This document shows positions 10,501 to 17,726 of a stretch of DNA of 64,000 bases, in pieces. The position numbers and the translations under genes are program-made. The stretch lies in the NCBI GenBank assembly GCA_963658925.1, contig CAVKRQ010000002.1, positions 80,017 through 144,016 on the forward strand. The letters are read 5' to 3'. Below the pieces are notes generated by a model. That model was not told the DNA's origin. It searched no databases and saw only the letters and a program-made list of their open reading frames with translations. Numbering within the stretch: the stretch's first letter is position 1; the number at the start of each line of letters is the position of its first letter. The stretch is from a bacterium. GTDB lineage: Bacteria > Bacteroidota > Bacteroidia > Bacteroidales > Marinilabiliaceae.

Positions 10501-10580
10501 CCCGTGGCGCGAGACACGTGTTTCGCGTCGGTCAGGAGTGCGAAGAGCTGCATCAGAGCCTCTAAAAGTACTTCACTCAT
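7521..10580 (-). CDS. Fused ABC transporter ATPase + ABC-2-type permease with about 245-aa N-terminal and about 230-aa C-terminal extensions
   Basis: Walker A GGSGAGKST, signature LSGGQRKRL, Walker B ILFVDEPTSGL. Multi-span hydrophobic region (LNILEVPILALLLAF ... ISIPLVLVPQLVFSG). A final TM helix FNVIVIWVFVGIFYVTLYF sits at the extreme C-terminus. The ATG at 10580 (MSEVLLEAL...) is preferred over the track start at 10649 because a -7 box lies at 10647-10654. Confidence 0.85.
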   Translation of the reverse strand: MSEVLLEALMQLFALLTDAKHVSRATGKEKVGEYLSRQFNAEYVRKFLTRYEYYLDKFHRDAEEGDESARKAQTNENLRRMVVICNDVNLEIGLNEKILLLSAMLNYISKPEIGFDEERFVDELAELLRIPPEDYWNLKTFTLELPGNVVDKSRLLIINGKPEKLHPDIKHIYISKFGVCVWVLHIKSTNTFVFRYNGERNLYLSGHRLDPGKVYPMSPGCVLNTSHVRPVYYGHIAEKFITRPETGRIVYKAVDIEYKFSDDNIGVHQFSFLGKSGQLVGIMGGSGAGKSTLMNLMCGKCKPSHGRITINGYDLHADHKELEGVIGYVPQDDMLNEELTVWENLWFNARLLFSNKSTAEKKKLIEKALSDFDLVEARNLKVGSPLNKVLSGGQRKRLNIALELMREPSILFVDEPTSGLSSSDSEKVMSLLKRQVLKGKLVIINIHQPNSDIYKLLDKLLIIDQGGYIAYNGNPMNAIVYFKKKAHYVNPEERECYLCGNVKTEQPLRIIEARMVDPSGKLIRKRKVTPKEWYQQYCDEFEASFDWKAKKSTVKEKLPDNLYSIPTRRSQFATFMLRDALKKLKDTQYMLLNILEVPILALLLAFATHYVGESGGYTLYDNTNLPTYLFMCVVVAIFVGLNTSAEEIIKDRKLLMREQFLNLSRTSYLSAKIVNLLAMSLVQTLMLVGIGHTIMGISIDLWPVHIGILFSTFAFAIIFGLNISSGLKTAVSIYISIPLVLVPQLVFSGTMVDFERLHPALGNREYTPVIGDVMISRWAYEALAVDQYVRNPYERRFFDTEVERSQASYIASSWLPEVESISRSMSEDEGKARLVRSELDRITKAMGVTLPDSVTQHGGVDEKIQTAKATSYLKAEAQSRFRAASSKCDSIANAMVSELGSAEALAALKHRATNEALGRLAQSKDKFEQIAVYPDKMIRKRQPVYDMPENTMGRAHLYSAFKRVGDKFIPTPLFNVIVIWVFVGIFYVTLYFDLLRRLFDRIESYKKSKLKKKLETIRL

Positions 10581-10646
10581 TGCTCGTTGTCTGTGTGGGC
10601 GCGCGGTGGTGGAGGTGCCGCCGCTTCTTGCGCCTATTTGGCAGCC

Positions 10647-10654
10647 CAAATATA
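10647..10654 (-). promoter_or_regulatory. Candidate Bacteroidota -7 box (TATATTTG) for the ABC fusion gene
   Basis: The minus strand reads TATATTTG, matching the TAnnTTTG consensus. A TTTC (one mismatch to the -33 TTTG) lies 20 nt upstream. The box is about 65 nt upstream of the ATG at 10580. Confidence 0.35.
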
Positions 10655-10752
10655 CTTCTATCTATTTAAAAACGGAAATTTGCCACTCAAAATTAACTTA
10701 TCATTATCTTTTAGAACTGGTTGGCTTCTTTCCATCCCGCTTTGCATGATAG

Positions 10753-10792
10753 AAAAAAATCGGCACGGGCGCATCATGCCGCCCGTGCCGAT
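10753..10792 (-). terminator. Rho-independent (bidirectional-looking) terminator after argF'
   Basis: Perfect 13-bp stem ATCGGCACGGGCG / CGCCCGTGCCGAT with an 8-nt loop. It is flanked by A7 on the plus strand, which is U7 after the hairpin on the minus strand. Confidence 0.7.
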
Positions 10793-10812
10793 TTATGTGA
10801 TGTGGCGTTCAG

Positions 10813-11775
10813 CTATTTGCCCTTAGCCAAGTCCTCCAGCATTCTCTTCATGACTGTCTGGATTGAGAACACGCGGTTGGCCGCCTCGGGGATTACGAGG
10901 CTGTTGGGGCCGTCGATGACCTCGTCCGATACTATCATGTTGCGGCGCACAGGCAGGCAGTGCATGAACTTGGCGTTGTTGGTCCAGCTCATATGCTCGG
11001 CGTCAACCGTCCATGACATGTCTTTTGACAAAATCTGGCCATATTGCTCATAGCTGGCCCAGTTCTTGGCGTAGATGAAGTCTGCGCCCTCAAATGCCTT
11101 TTTCTGGTCGCGCTCGGCTGTTATGCCCTCCATGATGTCCGGCGCAAGGTCATATCCCTCGGGACATGTCAGGACGAAGTCAACGTCCGGGGCGGCCTTC
11201 ATCCACTCGGCGAACGAGTTGGGCACGGCCTGAGGCAATGCCTTGGGGTGGGGGGCCCAAGTGAGCACTACCTTGGGACGTTTCACAGTCTTGTGCTCCT
11301 CGATGGTCAGCAGGTCGGCAAAGGCCTGGCACGGGTGGCGCGTGGCGCTCTCAAGCGAGATGACGGGGCGGCCCGAGTACTCAATGAACTGGCGCAGGAT
11401 GGTCTCCTGATAGTCGAACTCGCGGCTCTCGTAGCGGGCGAATGAGCGCACGCCTATGATGTCGCAATATGATCCGATGACAGGGATGGCCTCGCGCAGG
11501 TGCTCGGTCTTGTCGCCGTCCATGATGACGCCCATCTCGGTCTCCAGCTTCCAGCTGTCTTTGTCGATGTTCAGGACGATGGCGTTCATGCCAAGGTTCT
11601 GGGCCGCCACTTGCGAGCTCAGTCGGGTGCGGAGACTCGAGTTGAAGAAGACCAGGATAATGGTCTTGTTCTGTCCTAAGTTCTTCCATGCGAACGGCGT
11701 GGCTTTTATCTGCTTTGCCTCCTCTATCGCTTTGCCGAGGTCGCCTATGTCTCCTACTGTCAGAAATTGCTTCAT
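10813..11775 (-). CDS. argF': N-succinyl-L-ornithine carbamoyltransferase (Bacteroides ArgF' type)
   Basis: 320 aa. FFNSSLRTRLS, WKLETEMGVIMDGDK, SFARYESREFDY, ATRHPCQAFADL and FMHCLPVRRNM match, from memory, the B. fragilis ArgF' sequence along the full length. Confidence 0.92.
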   Translation of the reverse strand: MKQFLTVGDIGDLGKAIEEAKQIKATPFAWKNLGQNKTIILVFFNSSLRTRLSSQVAAQNLGMNAIVLNIDKDSWKLETEMGVIMDGDKTEHLREAIPVIGSYCDIIGVRSFARYESREFDYQETILRQFIEYSGRPVISLESATRHPCQAFADLLTIEEHKTVKRPKVVLTWAPHPKALPQAVPNSFAEWMKAAPDVDFVLTCPEGYDLAPDIMEGITAERDQKKAFEGADFIYAKNWASYEQYGQILSKDMSWTVDAEHMSWTNNAKFMHCLPVRRNMIVSDEVIDGPNSLVIPEAANRVFSIQTVMKRMLEDLAKGK

Positions 11776-11803
11776 ATGTTTCTCTTGTTGTTATTTGCGT
11801 GGT

Positions 11804-13078
11804 TCATAAATCCTCGACAAGTGAGGTCAGGTTGTTCGAGTTTGAGCCTTTCACGAGGATGGTAAGTCCGCTCAGTGAGCGTGCCGCCTCTCGCGCGTCT
11901 TCAGTCTTGTCGAAGAATCTGAAGTCCGGGTAGTCCCCGGCGAATTTCTTGAACTCAGGGCCTATCAATATCGCGGCTTTCAGCCCCATAGCCTTCAGTC
12001 GTCGCAGGACTGCCGTGTGCTGTGGGTCCTGCTCCTGCCCCAACTCTCTCATGGCGCCGAGGATTACCGCTTTGTCGGCGCAGTCTAAATGCTCAAGGTT
12101 GTCAAGAGCCGCGGCCATGCTGCTCGGGTTGGCATTATAGGCGTCCACAATCAGGTGGTTGCGCTTCGTCTGCACAATCTGGCTCCGGCTGTTGGTCGGC
12201 TTATACTCGCTTATGGCGGCCACTATGTCCTCGTCGCTAACGTCAAAATGGATGCCCATGGTCACCGCGGCCAGCACGTTTGCGAGGTTATACTCGCCGG
12301 TGAGGTTGGTCTGCGCAGTGAGGCTCGTCTCTCCATGTTTCCAACTGACTGTTATTGTCTCCCGCCCGTCTCGCTCTACGTGGCCCACCGCGTATGGCAG
12401 GGCGTGCTGATACTCGCCGAGCATCCCGGTGAGGTGGCTGTTTGTCGTGTCTATCAATATGTCGCCACCCGTGTTCCTGAGGTAGTCGTACATCTCGCCC
12501 TTGGTCTTTTTCACTCCATCGAACGAGCCGAATCCCTCTATGTGGGCTATGCCGACGTTTGTTATCAGTCCGATTGTGGGGTTCGCTATGTCCACCAGGG
12601 CTTTAATCTCGCCTGGGTGATTTGCTCCCATCTCGACCACGGCCATCTCGGCGTCCCCTTTGATTGAGAGCAGGGTCAAGGGCACTCCGATGTGGTTGTT
12701 GTGGTTGCCCTCGGTGGCGTAGGTCTTATATTTTTTGCGAAGAACGGCTGTCACCAGCTCCTTTGTGGTGGTCTTGCCGTTGGTGCCTGTTATTCCGACT
12801 ATTGGAATTCTCAGGTGCTTGCGATGTTCGTGCGCCAATTCTTGCAGGGCTGTCAGGGTGTCGTCGCATACATACGCCCTCTCATCGCCCACATAGGTCT
12901 TGTCGGTCGTGACGACATAGGCTGCACCGCGCTCAAATGCGCTGCCTATCATTGTGTTGGCGTCGAAGTTAGCTCCTTTCAGCGCCACGAAAAGAGTCCC
13001 CGCCCCTATTGTGCGGGTGTCTGTCGATACGCCTGCGCTCTTGAGGTAGGCGTCATATAGTTCCTCTATTGTTTTCAT
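11804..13078 (-). CDS. murF: UDP-N-acetylmuramoyl-tripeptide--D-alanyl-D-alanine ligase
   Basis: 424 aa. Mur ligase P-loop GITGTNGKTTTKE, plus DAYNANPSSM. Confidence 0.9.
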   Translation of the reverse strand: MKTIEELYDAYLKSAGVSTDTRTIGAGTLFVALKGANFDANTMIGSAFERGAAYVVTTDKTYVGDERAYVCDDTLTALQELAHEHRKHLRIPIVGITGTNGKTTTKELVTAVLRKKYKTYATEGNHNNHIGVPLTLLSIKGDAEMAVVEMGANHPGEIKALVDIANPTIGLITNVGIAHIEGFGSFDGVKKTKGEMYDYLRNTGGDILIDTTNSHLTGMLGEYQHALPYAVGHVERDGRETITVSWKHGETSLTAQTNLTGEYNLANVLAAVTMGIHFDVSDEDIVAAISEYKPTNSRSQIVQTKRNHLIVDAYNANPSSMAAALDNLEHLDCADKAVILGAMRELGQEQDPQHTAVLRRLKAMGLKAAILIGPEFKKFAGDYPDFRFFDKTEDAREAARSLSGLTILVKGSNSNNLTSLVEDL

Positions 13079-13191
13079 CGCGATGCTAATTTAATGTTTT
13101 TTCTGTCATGTTGGGCGAGGCCCGGGCTTTTCGCCGTTTCGGGTGGCTGATTGGTAGGTTTGCTCGCTCAAGTGTTAAAGCGGTGTTTTGA

Positions 13192-13223
13192 TTTGGTAAT
13201 AAAAAAAAACACTTCTATTTTTG
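13192..13223 (+). promoter_or_regulatory. Candidate Bacteroidota promoter (TTTG-N20-TATTTTTG) for the pectate lyase gene
   Basis: TTTG at 13192-13195 and TATTTTTG at 13216-13223, with a 20-nt spacer. This matches the -33/-7 consensus TTTG / TAnnTTTG. Its position argues against the TTG start at 13221. Confidence 0.45.
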
Positions 13224-13295
13224 CTCAAACGTTTGGACGTCCTATTCCTTCGTTCCCACTACCCTAAATTCATCAAAAATATACCTTATTATAAT

Positions 13296-15608
13296 ATGGT
13301 AAAACCCCGTCACCTCTTTTCTGCTCTTTTGGCAGCGATTGGGTCATCGTTTGCAGCTGATGCTTCCGTTGTCCTCACTGAGCAAAAAGGCTGGTTTGAG
13401 AGTTGCTATGTCAAGTGGACTAACGATGCCGACTTTGACGATTACAATGTGTACGTTCGCCCTGCCGATGGCGACTACAAACTCATTGACGCCATGCTTG
13501 TGCGTAACTATGGCACCTACGGCCGTGCCGATGTGGTTGGTCTCAAAGCTGGCGACTATCAGCTGAAGGTCGTCCCCAAAAAGGATGGTGTTGAGAGTGA
13601 TGCCGACGCGACGGAGACTTCGCTTCTGGCTGTCTCTCCCTATGACCGCTCCGGCTTCGCTCATTTCGGCTGGAATGGTGGCGTAGGCGCCTACAATAAT
13701 GACGGCACTCTCAAGGCTAACGCCCGTGTGATCTATGTCACAAGTGAAACCGCCAAGACTGTCACGGCTGTCGTTAATGGTCAGACGCAGACGGGCATTC
13801 AGGCTATCTTGGATAAGTACGAGAAGGGCAACACGGAGGATCCTCTCGCCGTCCGCATCATCGGCAAGCTTAGCCTTGAAGATCTCGATTACATAAAAAG
13901 CAAGGAGGAAGGCCTTAATCTCAAGGGCAAGAATAGCTCTACCACAGCTAATGTCACAATCGAGGGCATTGGTGATGACGCCACCATCTGGGGCTTCGGC
14001 GTCCAGTTCGAGAAGACGCAGTCTGTTGAGATTCGAAATGTCGCGTTCATGTGCGTCATTGATGATTGCCTCTCCATCAAGGCCAGCAAACATATCTGGG
14101 TACACAATAATGACTACTTCTATGGCAGCACGGGCGGTGACGCCGACCAGGCCAAAGGCGACGGCTCAATCGATGTCAAGGACGATGCGCAGTATGTGAC
14201 CTATGCCTACAATACTTTCTGGGATTCGGGCAAGATGAGCCTCTGCGGCATGAAGAGTGAGACTGGCCCAAACTACATCACGTATCACCACAACTGGTTC
14301 AACCACTCTGACTCGCGTCATCCGCGCGTCCGCACCATGAGTGTGCACGTCTATAATAATTATTACGACGGCGTGGCGAAGTATGGCGTCGGCGCGGCAA
14401 AGAGCTCGGATGTCTTTGTCGAGGGCAACTATTTCCGCAACTGCAAATACCCTATGCTCATCTCGCTTCAGGGGTCTGACACTTCTTGGGGTAACGAGGG
14501 CACTTTCTCAAAAGAGGAAGGCGGCATCATAAAGGCCTACAATAATGTCATGGTCGGCAAGTACACCTATGTCCCCTACGGCTGCTCTAAGTTCGTGAAG
14601 TCTGGCACTGAGCAGGCGGCGGATATTACAACAACCACCGAATTTGATGCCTACGAGGTCGCTTCGCGAAATGACGAAGTCCCCACTTCGGTCACAGCCA
14701 AGAGCGGCGGGCATACTTATAATAATTTTGACACTGACGCAAGCCTGATGTACTCCTACACACCCGACTCTCCGGATGAAGTCCCAGCTATTGTCACGGG
14801 GTGGCTCGGTGCCGGACGAATGGGGCATGGCGATTTCCAATGGACTTTCGACAACTCGACAGAGGATGAGAACTATGGCGTCATTGCCGATCTCAAGTCC
14901 GCTATCGTGTCCTATACCTCCTCTCTTGTCGATTTCTATGGCCACACCACCACGGGCAGCAACGAGTCAGGCTCAGACTCAACTGACGGCTCCGGTTCGA
15001 GTGACGGCACTGACACTGGTGGCTCAAGCTCTGGCTCTGGCGATAGTGGCAGCGGAACGACAACCCCTACTGTCGATTCCGATGATATGTGCTATTTCGA
15101 GTATGAGAATAAGTCTATTAGCCTCTCGTCTTCTAATTTCAAATCGACAGGCTCTAAGCTCAGCGCCAAGACTGGTCAGACTGTGACCATTAATGGTCAG
15201 GATTATTCAGTCGGTCTCAAACTTGAATCTGGCACTGAGCTGACTTTCTCTCTCAACTCGTCTGCCACGGTCACGTTCTATTTCGATGCGACGGCAAGTC
15301 TCAAGCTTGACGGGCAGAATGTCACTGGCTCTTCTACTTCCTATACGGTCGAGCTCGAGGCTGGCACTCATACAGTCGCCAAGTATAAGAGCATCAACCT
15401 CTATCTTATTGTCATTGTCTTGCACGACGAAGGCGGAGATGAGGATGGAACTGTTACTTCTGTCAAGTCCGTCTCTGCCGAGGCTGTCTCGACATCCTAT
15501 TTCAACCTTTCTGGCCGCCCCTGCGGCTCGTCTTTGCGTGGCATGGTCATTGAGGTCACGACATATTCTGACGGCTCCCGCTCCAGCAAGCTCCGTCTCA
15601 ATAAATAA
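13296..15608 (+). CDS. Secreted PL1-family pectate lyase with Ser/Gly/Thr linker, beta-sandwich (CBM-like) module and T9SS C-terminal sorting domain
   Basis: Signal peptide MVKPRHLFSALLAAIGSSFAADA. Lyase core motifs HIWVHNNDYF, ITYHHNWFNHSDSRHPRVR and YNNYYDG. Linker GSNESGSDSTDGSGSSDGTDTGGSSSGSGDSGSG. The C-terminal VSTSYFNLSGRPCGSSLRGMVIEVTTYSDGSRSSKLRLNK resembles type-A T9SS CTDs. Confidence 0.8.
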   Translation: MVKPRHLFSALLAAIGSSFAADASVVLTEQKGWFESCYVKWTNDADFDDYNVYVRPADGDYKLIDAMLVRNYGTYGRADVVGLKAGDYQLKVVPKKDGVESDADATETSLLAVSPYDRSGFAHFGWNGGVGAYNNDGTLKANARVIYVTSETAKTVTAVVNGQTQTGIQAILDKYEKGNTEDPLAVRIIGKLSLEDLDYIKSKEEGLNLKGKNSSTTANVTIEGIGDDATIWGFGVQFEKTQSVEIRNVAFMCVIDDCLSIKASKHIWVHNNDYFYGSTGGDADQAKGDGSIDVKDDAQYVTYAYNTFWDSGKMSLCGMKSETGPNYITYHHNWFNHSDSRHPRVRTMSVHVYNNYYDGVAKYGVGAAKSSDVFVEGNYFRNCKYPMLISLQGSDTSWGNEGTFSKEEGGIIKAYNNVMVGKYTYVPYGCSKFVKSGTEQAADITTTTEFDAYEVASRNDEVPTSVTAKSGGHTYNNFDTDASLMYSYTPDSPDEVPAIVTGWLGAGRMGHGDFQWTFDNSTEDENYGVIADLKSAIVSYTSSLVDFYGHTTTGSNESGSDSTDGSGSSDGTDTGGSSSGSGDSGSGTTTPTVDSDDMCYFEYENKSISLSSSNFKSTGSKLSAKTGQTVTINGQDYSVGLKLESGTELTFSLNSSATVTFYFDATASLKLDGQNVTGSSTSYTVELEAGTHTVAKYKSINLYLIVIVLHDEGGDEDGTVTSVKSVSAEAVSTSYFNLSGRPCGSSLRGMVIEVTTYSDGSRSSKLRLNK

Positions 15609-15640
15609 GCCTTTCACGTCTGTTTAAGAGTTATATGATG

Positions 15641-15681
15641 CCCGGGCGGCCGCATTCCCCATGCGCCGTCCGGGATTTTTC
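15641..15681 (+). terminator. Imperfect hairpin + T-run after the pectate lyase gene
   Basis: cccgggcggc ... gccgtccggg stem with one mismatch, followed by ATTTTTC. Confidence 0.5.
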
Positions 15682-15757
15682 TGTCGCAATGTTTTGTCTG
15701 CACATCAGTAAACCCATTAAATGTTTAATGTGACCTGTCTATGTTCAAAATATGAGT

Positions 15758-15765
15758 TATATTTG
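15758..15765 (+). promoter_or_regulatory. Candidate -7 box (TATATTTG) upstream of proC
   Basis: Matches TAnnTTTG, 26 nt upstream of the ATG at 15791. No clean -33 TTTG was seen. Confidence 0.3.
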
Positions 15766-15790
15766 CGTTTAGTTGGAAAGAAATATAACA

Positions 15791-16591
15791 ATGAGTGAAC
15801 TTCAGAAGATTGCCATCATAGGTGGCGGTAACATGGGTGGGGCTATCGCCCGCGGAATTGTCAAGTCTGGAATCACAAAACCGGGCCACATCGCCATAAC
15901 GCGGCGAAACGCGGCGGCTCTCAAACCTTGGGAGGAGGACGGCTATGCCGTGACGACTAATAACAATGAGGCCGTTGAGGGCGCCGATGTGGTAGTCTTC
16001 GCGGTCAAGCCTTACCAGGTCGCCGATGTCATTTCTGCCGTGCGTCCGTCTCTCAAGAAGGAGGCCGTCGCCGTCAGCATAGCCACGGGCGTGTCTGTCG
16101 AGCAGCTCACTGCCATGCTTGGCTCTGATGTGGCTGCCGTCCGCGTCATGCCCAACACCGCCGCTGAGGTGGGGGAGAGCCTGACCGCCATCGTCGCCGG
16201 ACCATCGGTCTCTCAAACCCAGTTGGACGTGGTTGTGCGGATTTTCTCCGCCCTCGGTCTTGCCATTGTCGTGGATGAGGCGCAGATGCCAGCCCTCACT
16301 GCCCTCGCTTCTTGCGGCATAGCTCACGCCTTGCGTTACATCCGCGCATGCCAGGAGAGCGCCATCGAGATGGGCCTGAAGTCCGATGTGGCCGCACAGG
16401 TCATCGCCCAGACTGTCAAAGGCGCCGCCCAGCTCATTCTCACCAACCACTCACATCCCGAGGTTGAGATTGACAAGGTGTGCACACCGGCTGGCGTGAC
16501 CATAGCCGGCATCAACGCCATGGAACATGCCGGTTTCACTCACGCTGTCATGGAGGGAATGATGGGTTCTTATAATAAGATTGTCAAATAG
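15791..16591 (+). CDS. proC: Pyrroline-5-carboxylate reductase
   Basis: Rossmann motif IAIIGGGNMGGAI, VRVMPNTAA, and the C-terminal TPAGVTIAG. The ATG at 15791 is preferred; the track start at 15773 is a TTG. Confidence 0.9.
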   Translation: MSELQKIAIIGGGNMGGAIARGIVKSGITKPGHIAITRRNAAALKPWEEDGYAVTTNNNEAVEGADVVVFAVKPYQVADVISAVRPSLKKEAVAVSIATGVSVEQLTAMLGSDVAAVRVMPNTAAEVGESLTAIVAGPSVSQTQLDVVVRIFSALGLAIVVDEAQMPALTALASCGIAHALRYIRACQESAIEMGLKSDVAAQVIAQTVKGAAQLILTNHSHPEVEIDKVCTPAGVTIAGINAMEHAGFTHAVMEGMMGSYNKIVK

Positions 16592-16595
16592 CAGA

Positions 16596-17681
16596 ATGCT
16601 CAAGATTACTATAAAGGTCGGGTCTAATGTGCTGACGGGGGCTGACAAAAGGCTCAATGTCGGCCGAATGGAGAGCCTCGCGTGGCAAATTGCCAAGTTG
16701 CGGGCGGGCGGACACAAGGTTGTGCTCGTCTCGTCTGGCGCCATGGCTGCGGGGCGTGGCATGATCTCAGGCTATGATGACCTTAATCCGGTGGCTCAGC
16801 GACAGTTGCTGTCGTCGGTCGGTCAGGTCAAGCTTATTGACCAGTATAAGCAGATTTTCGACAAGCTCGGCATCAAGATTGGTCAACTCCTTGTGACTAA
16901 GCAGGACCTTGGCAGCCGCACGCACTATCTCAACATGAAAAACTGTTTCGAGACGCTGTGGCAAAACGATGTCATCCCGGTCGTCAATGAGAATGACGCG
17001 GTCTCTCTCGCCGGACTCATGTTCACCGACAATGATGAGCTCTCTGGCCTCATAGCTTCCATGATGGATTGCGACAGGCTCATAATTCTCAGCAATATAG
17101 ACGGCATCTTTGACGGTGATCCCTCCGACCCCTCGTCACACGTCATCCGCGAGGTGGCCAACGGGACCAGTGTCTCGCGCTATGTCCGCACCACTAAGTC
17201 CGATTTCGGTCGTGGCGGCATGGTGACTAAGTGCCGCATGGCGCAAAAGACTGCCCAGGCCGGCATCGATGTCTATATAGCCAATGGCGCCGCTCCCGAT
17301 GTCCTGACCCGCCTTGTCGACGGAGACCCCTCACTCCCACGCACTCATTTCGAGGCTGGCCAGAAGAGCGCCGCTGTCAAAAAATGGATAGCGTACTCTG
17401 ACGGCTTCGCCACTGCGCGCATCATTGTCAATAAGGGTGCCGCGGAGGCTCTGCAGAGCCAAAGCCACGTCTCCAGCCTGCTCCCTGTCGGCGTCCGTGA
17501 GTTCGAGGGCGATTTCCGGAAGGATGACATCGTGCTCATTGTCGACCCGTCTGGCGCGACAATCGGTGTCGGCCGTGCGGCCATGGACAAGGAGACAGCC
17601 GCACGTCAGGCTTTTGCCGCCAAGCAGAAACCGCTCGTGCACTACGATTACCTCTACGTATACCCTAAGGTGAAGGAATAG
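16596..17681 (+). CDS. proB: Glutamate 5-kinase with C-terminal PUA domain
   Basis: IKVGSNVLT, VLVSSGAMAAG and VVNENDAV. The PUA-like tail includes VNKGAAEAL...SLLPVGV. The alternative TTG start at 16581 would overlap proC. Confidence 0.9.
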   Translation: MLKITIKVGSNVLTGADKRLNVGRMESLAWQIAKLRAGGHKVVLVSSGAMAAGRGMISGYDDLNPVAQRQLLSSVGQVKLIDQYKQIFDKLGIKIGQLLVTKQDLGSRTHYLNMKNCFETLWQNDVIPVVNENDAVSLAGLMFTDNDELSGLIASMMDCDRLIILSNIDGIFDGDPSDPSSHVIREVANGTSVSRYVRTTKSDFGRGGMVTKCRMAQKTAQAGIDVYIANGAAPDVLTRLVDGDPSLPRTHFEAGQKSAAVKKWIAYSDGFATARIIVNKGAAEALQSQSHVSSLLPVGVREFEGDFRKDDIVLIVDPSGATIGVGRAAMDKETAARQAFAAKQKPLVHYDYLYVYPKVKE

Positions 17682-17726
17682 CCGCCGTCGGTCGCCATCT
17701 CTTTCGCCATCCTTATCCTCTAAGCC

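Noticed and set aside
10581-10649. Upstream start (10649) for the ABC fusion protein, adding MGCQIGARSGGTSTTARPHRQRA.
   Set aside because: The extension is non-protein-like, and the candidate -7 box (10647-10654) coincides with it. The ATG at 10580 gives a sensible helical N-terminus.
13221-13295. TTG start at 13221 for the pectate lyase, and likewise the TTG starts at 15773 (proC), 16581 (proB) and 5235 (polyprenyl synthase).
   Set aside because: In each case a downstream ATG gives a canonical N-terminus (signal peptide or Rossmann/kinase start). For 13221, the codon lies inside the predicted -7 box.
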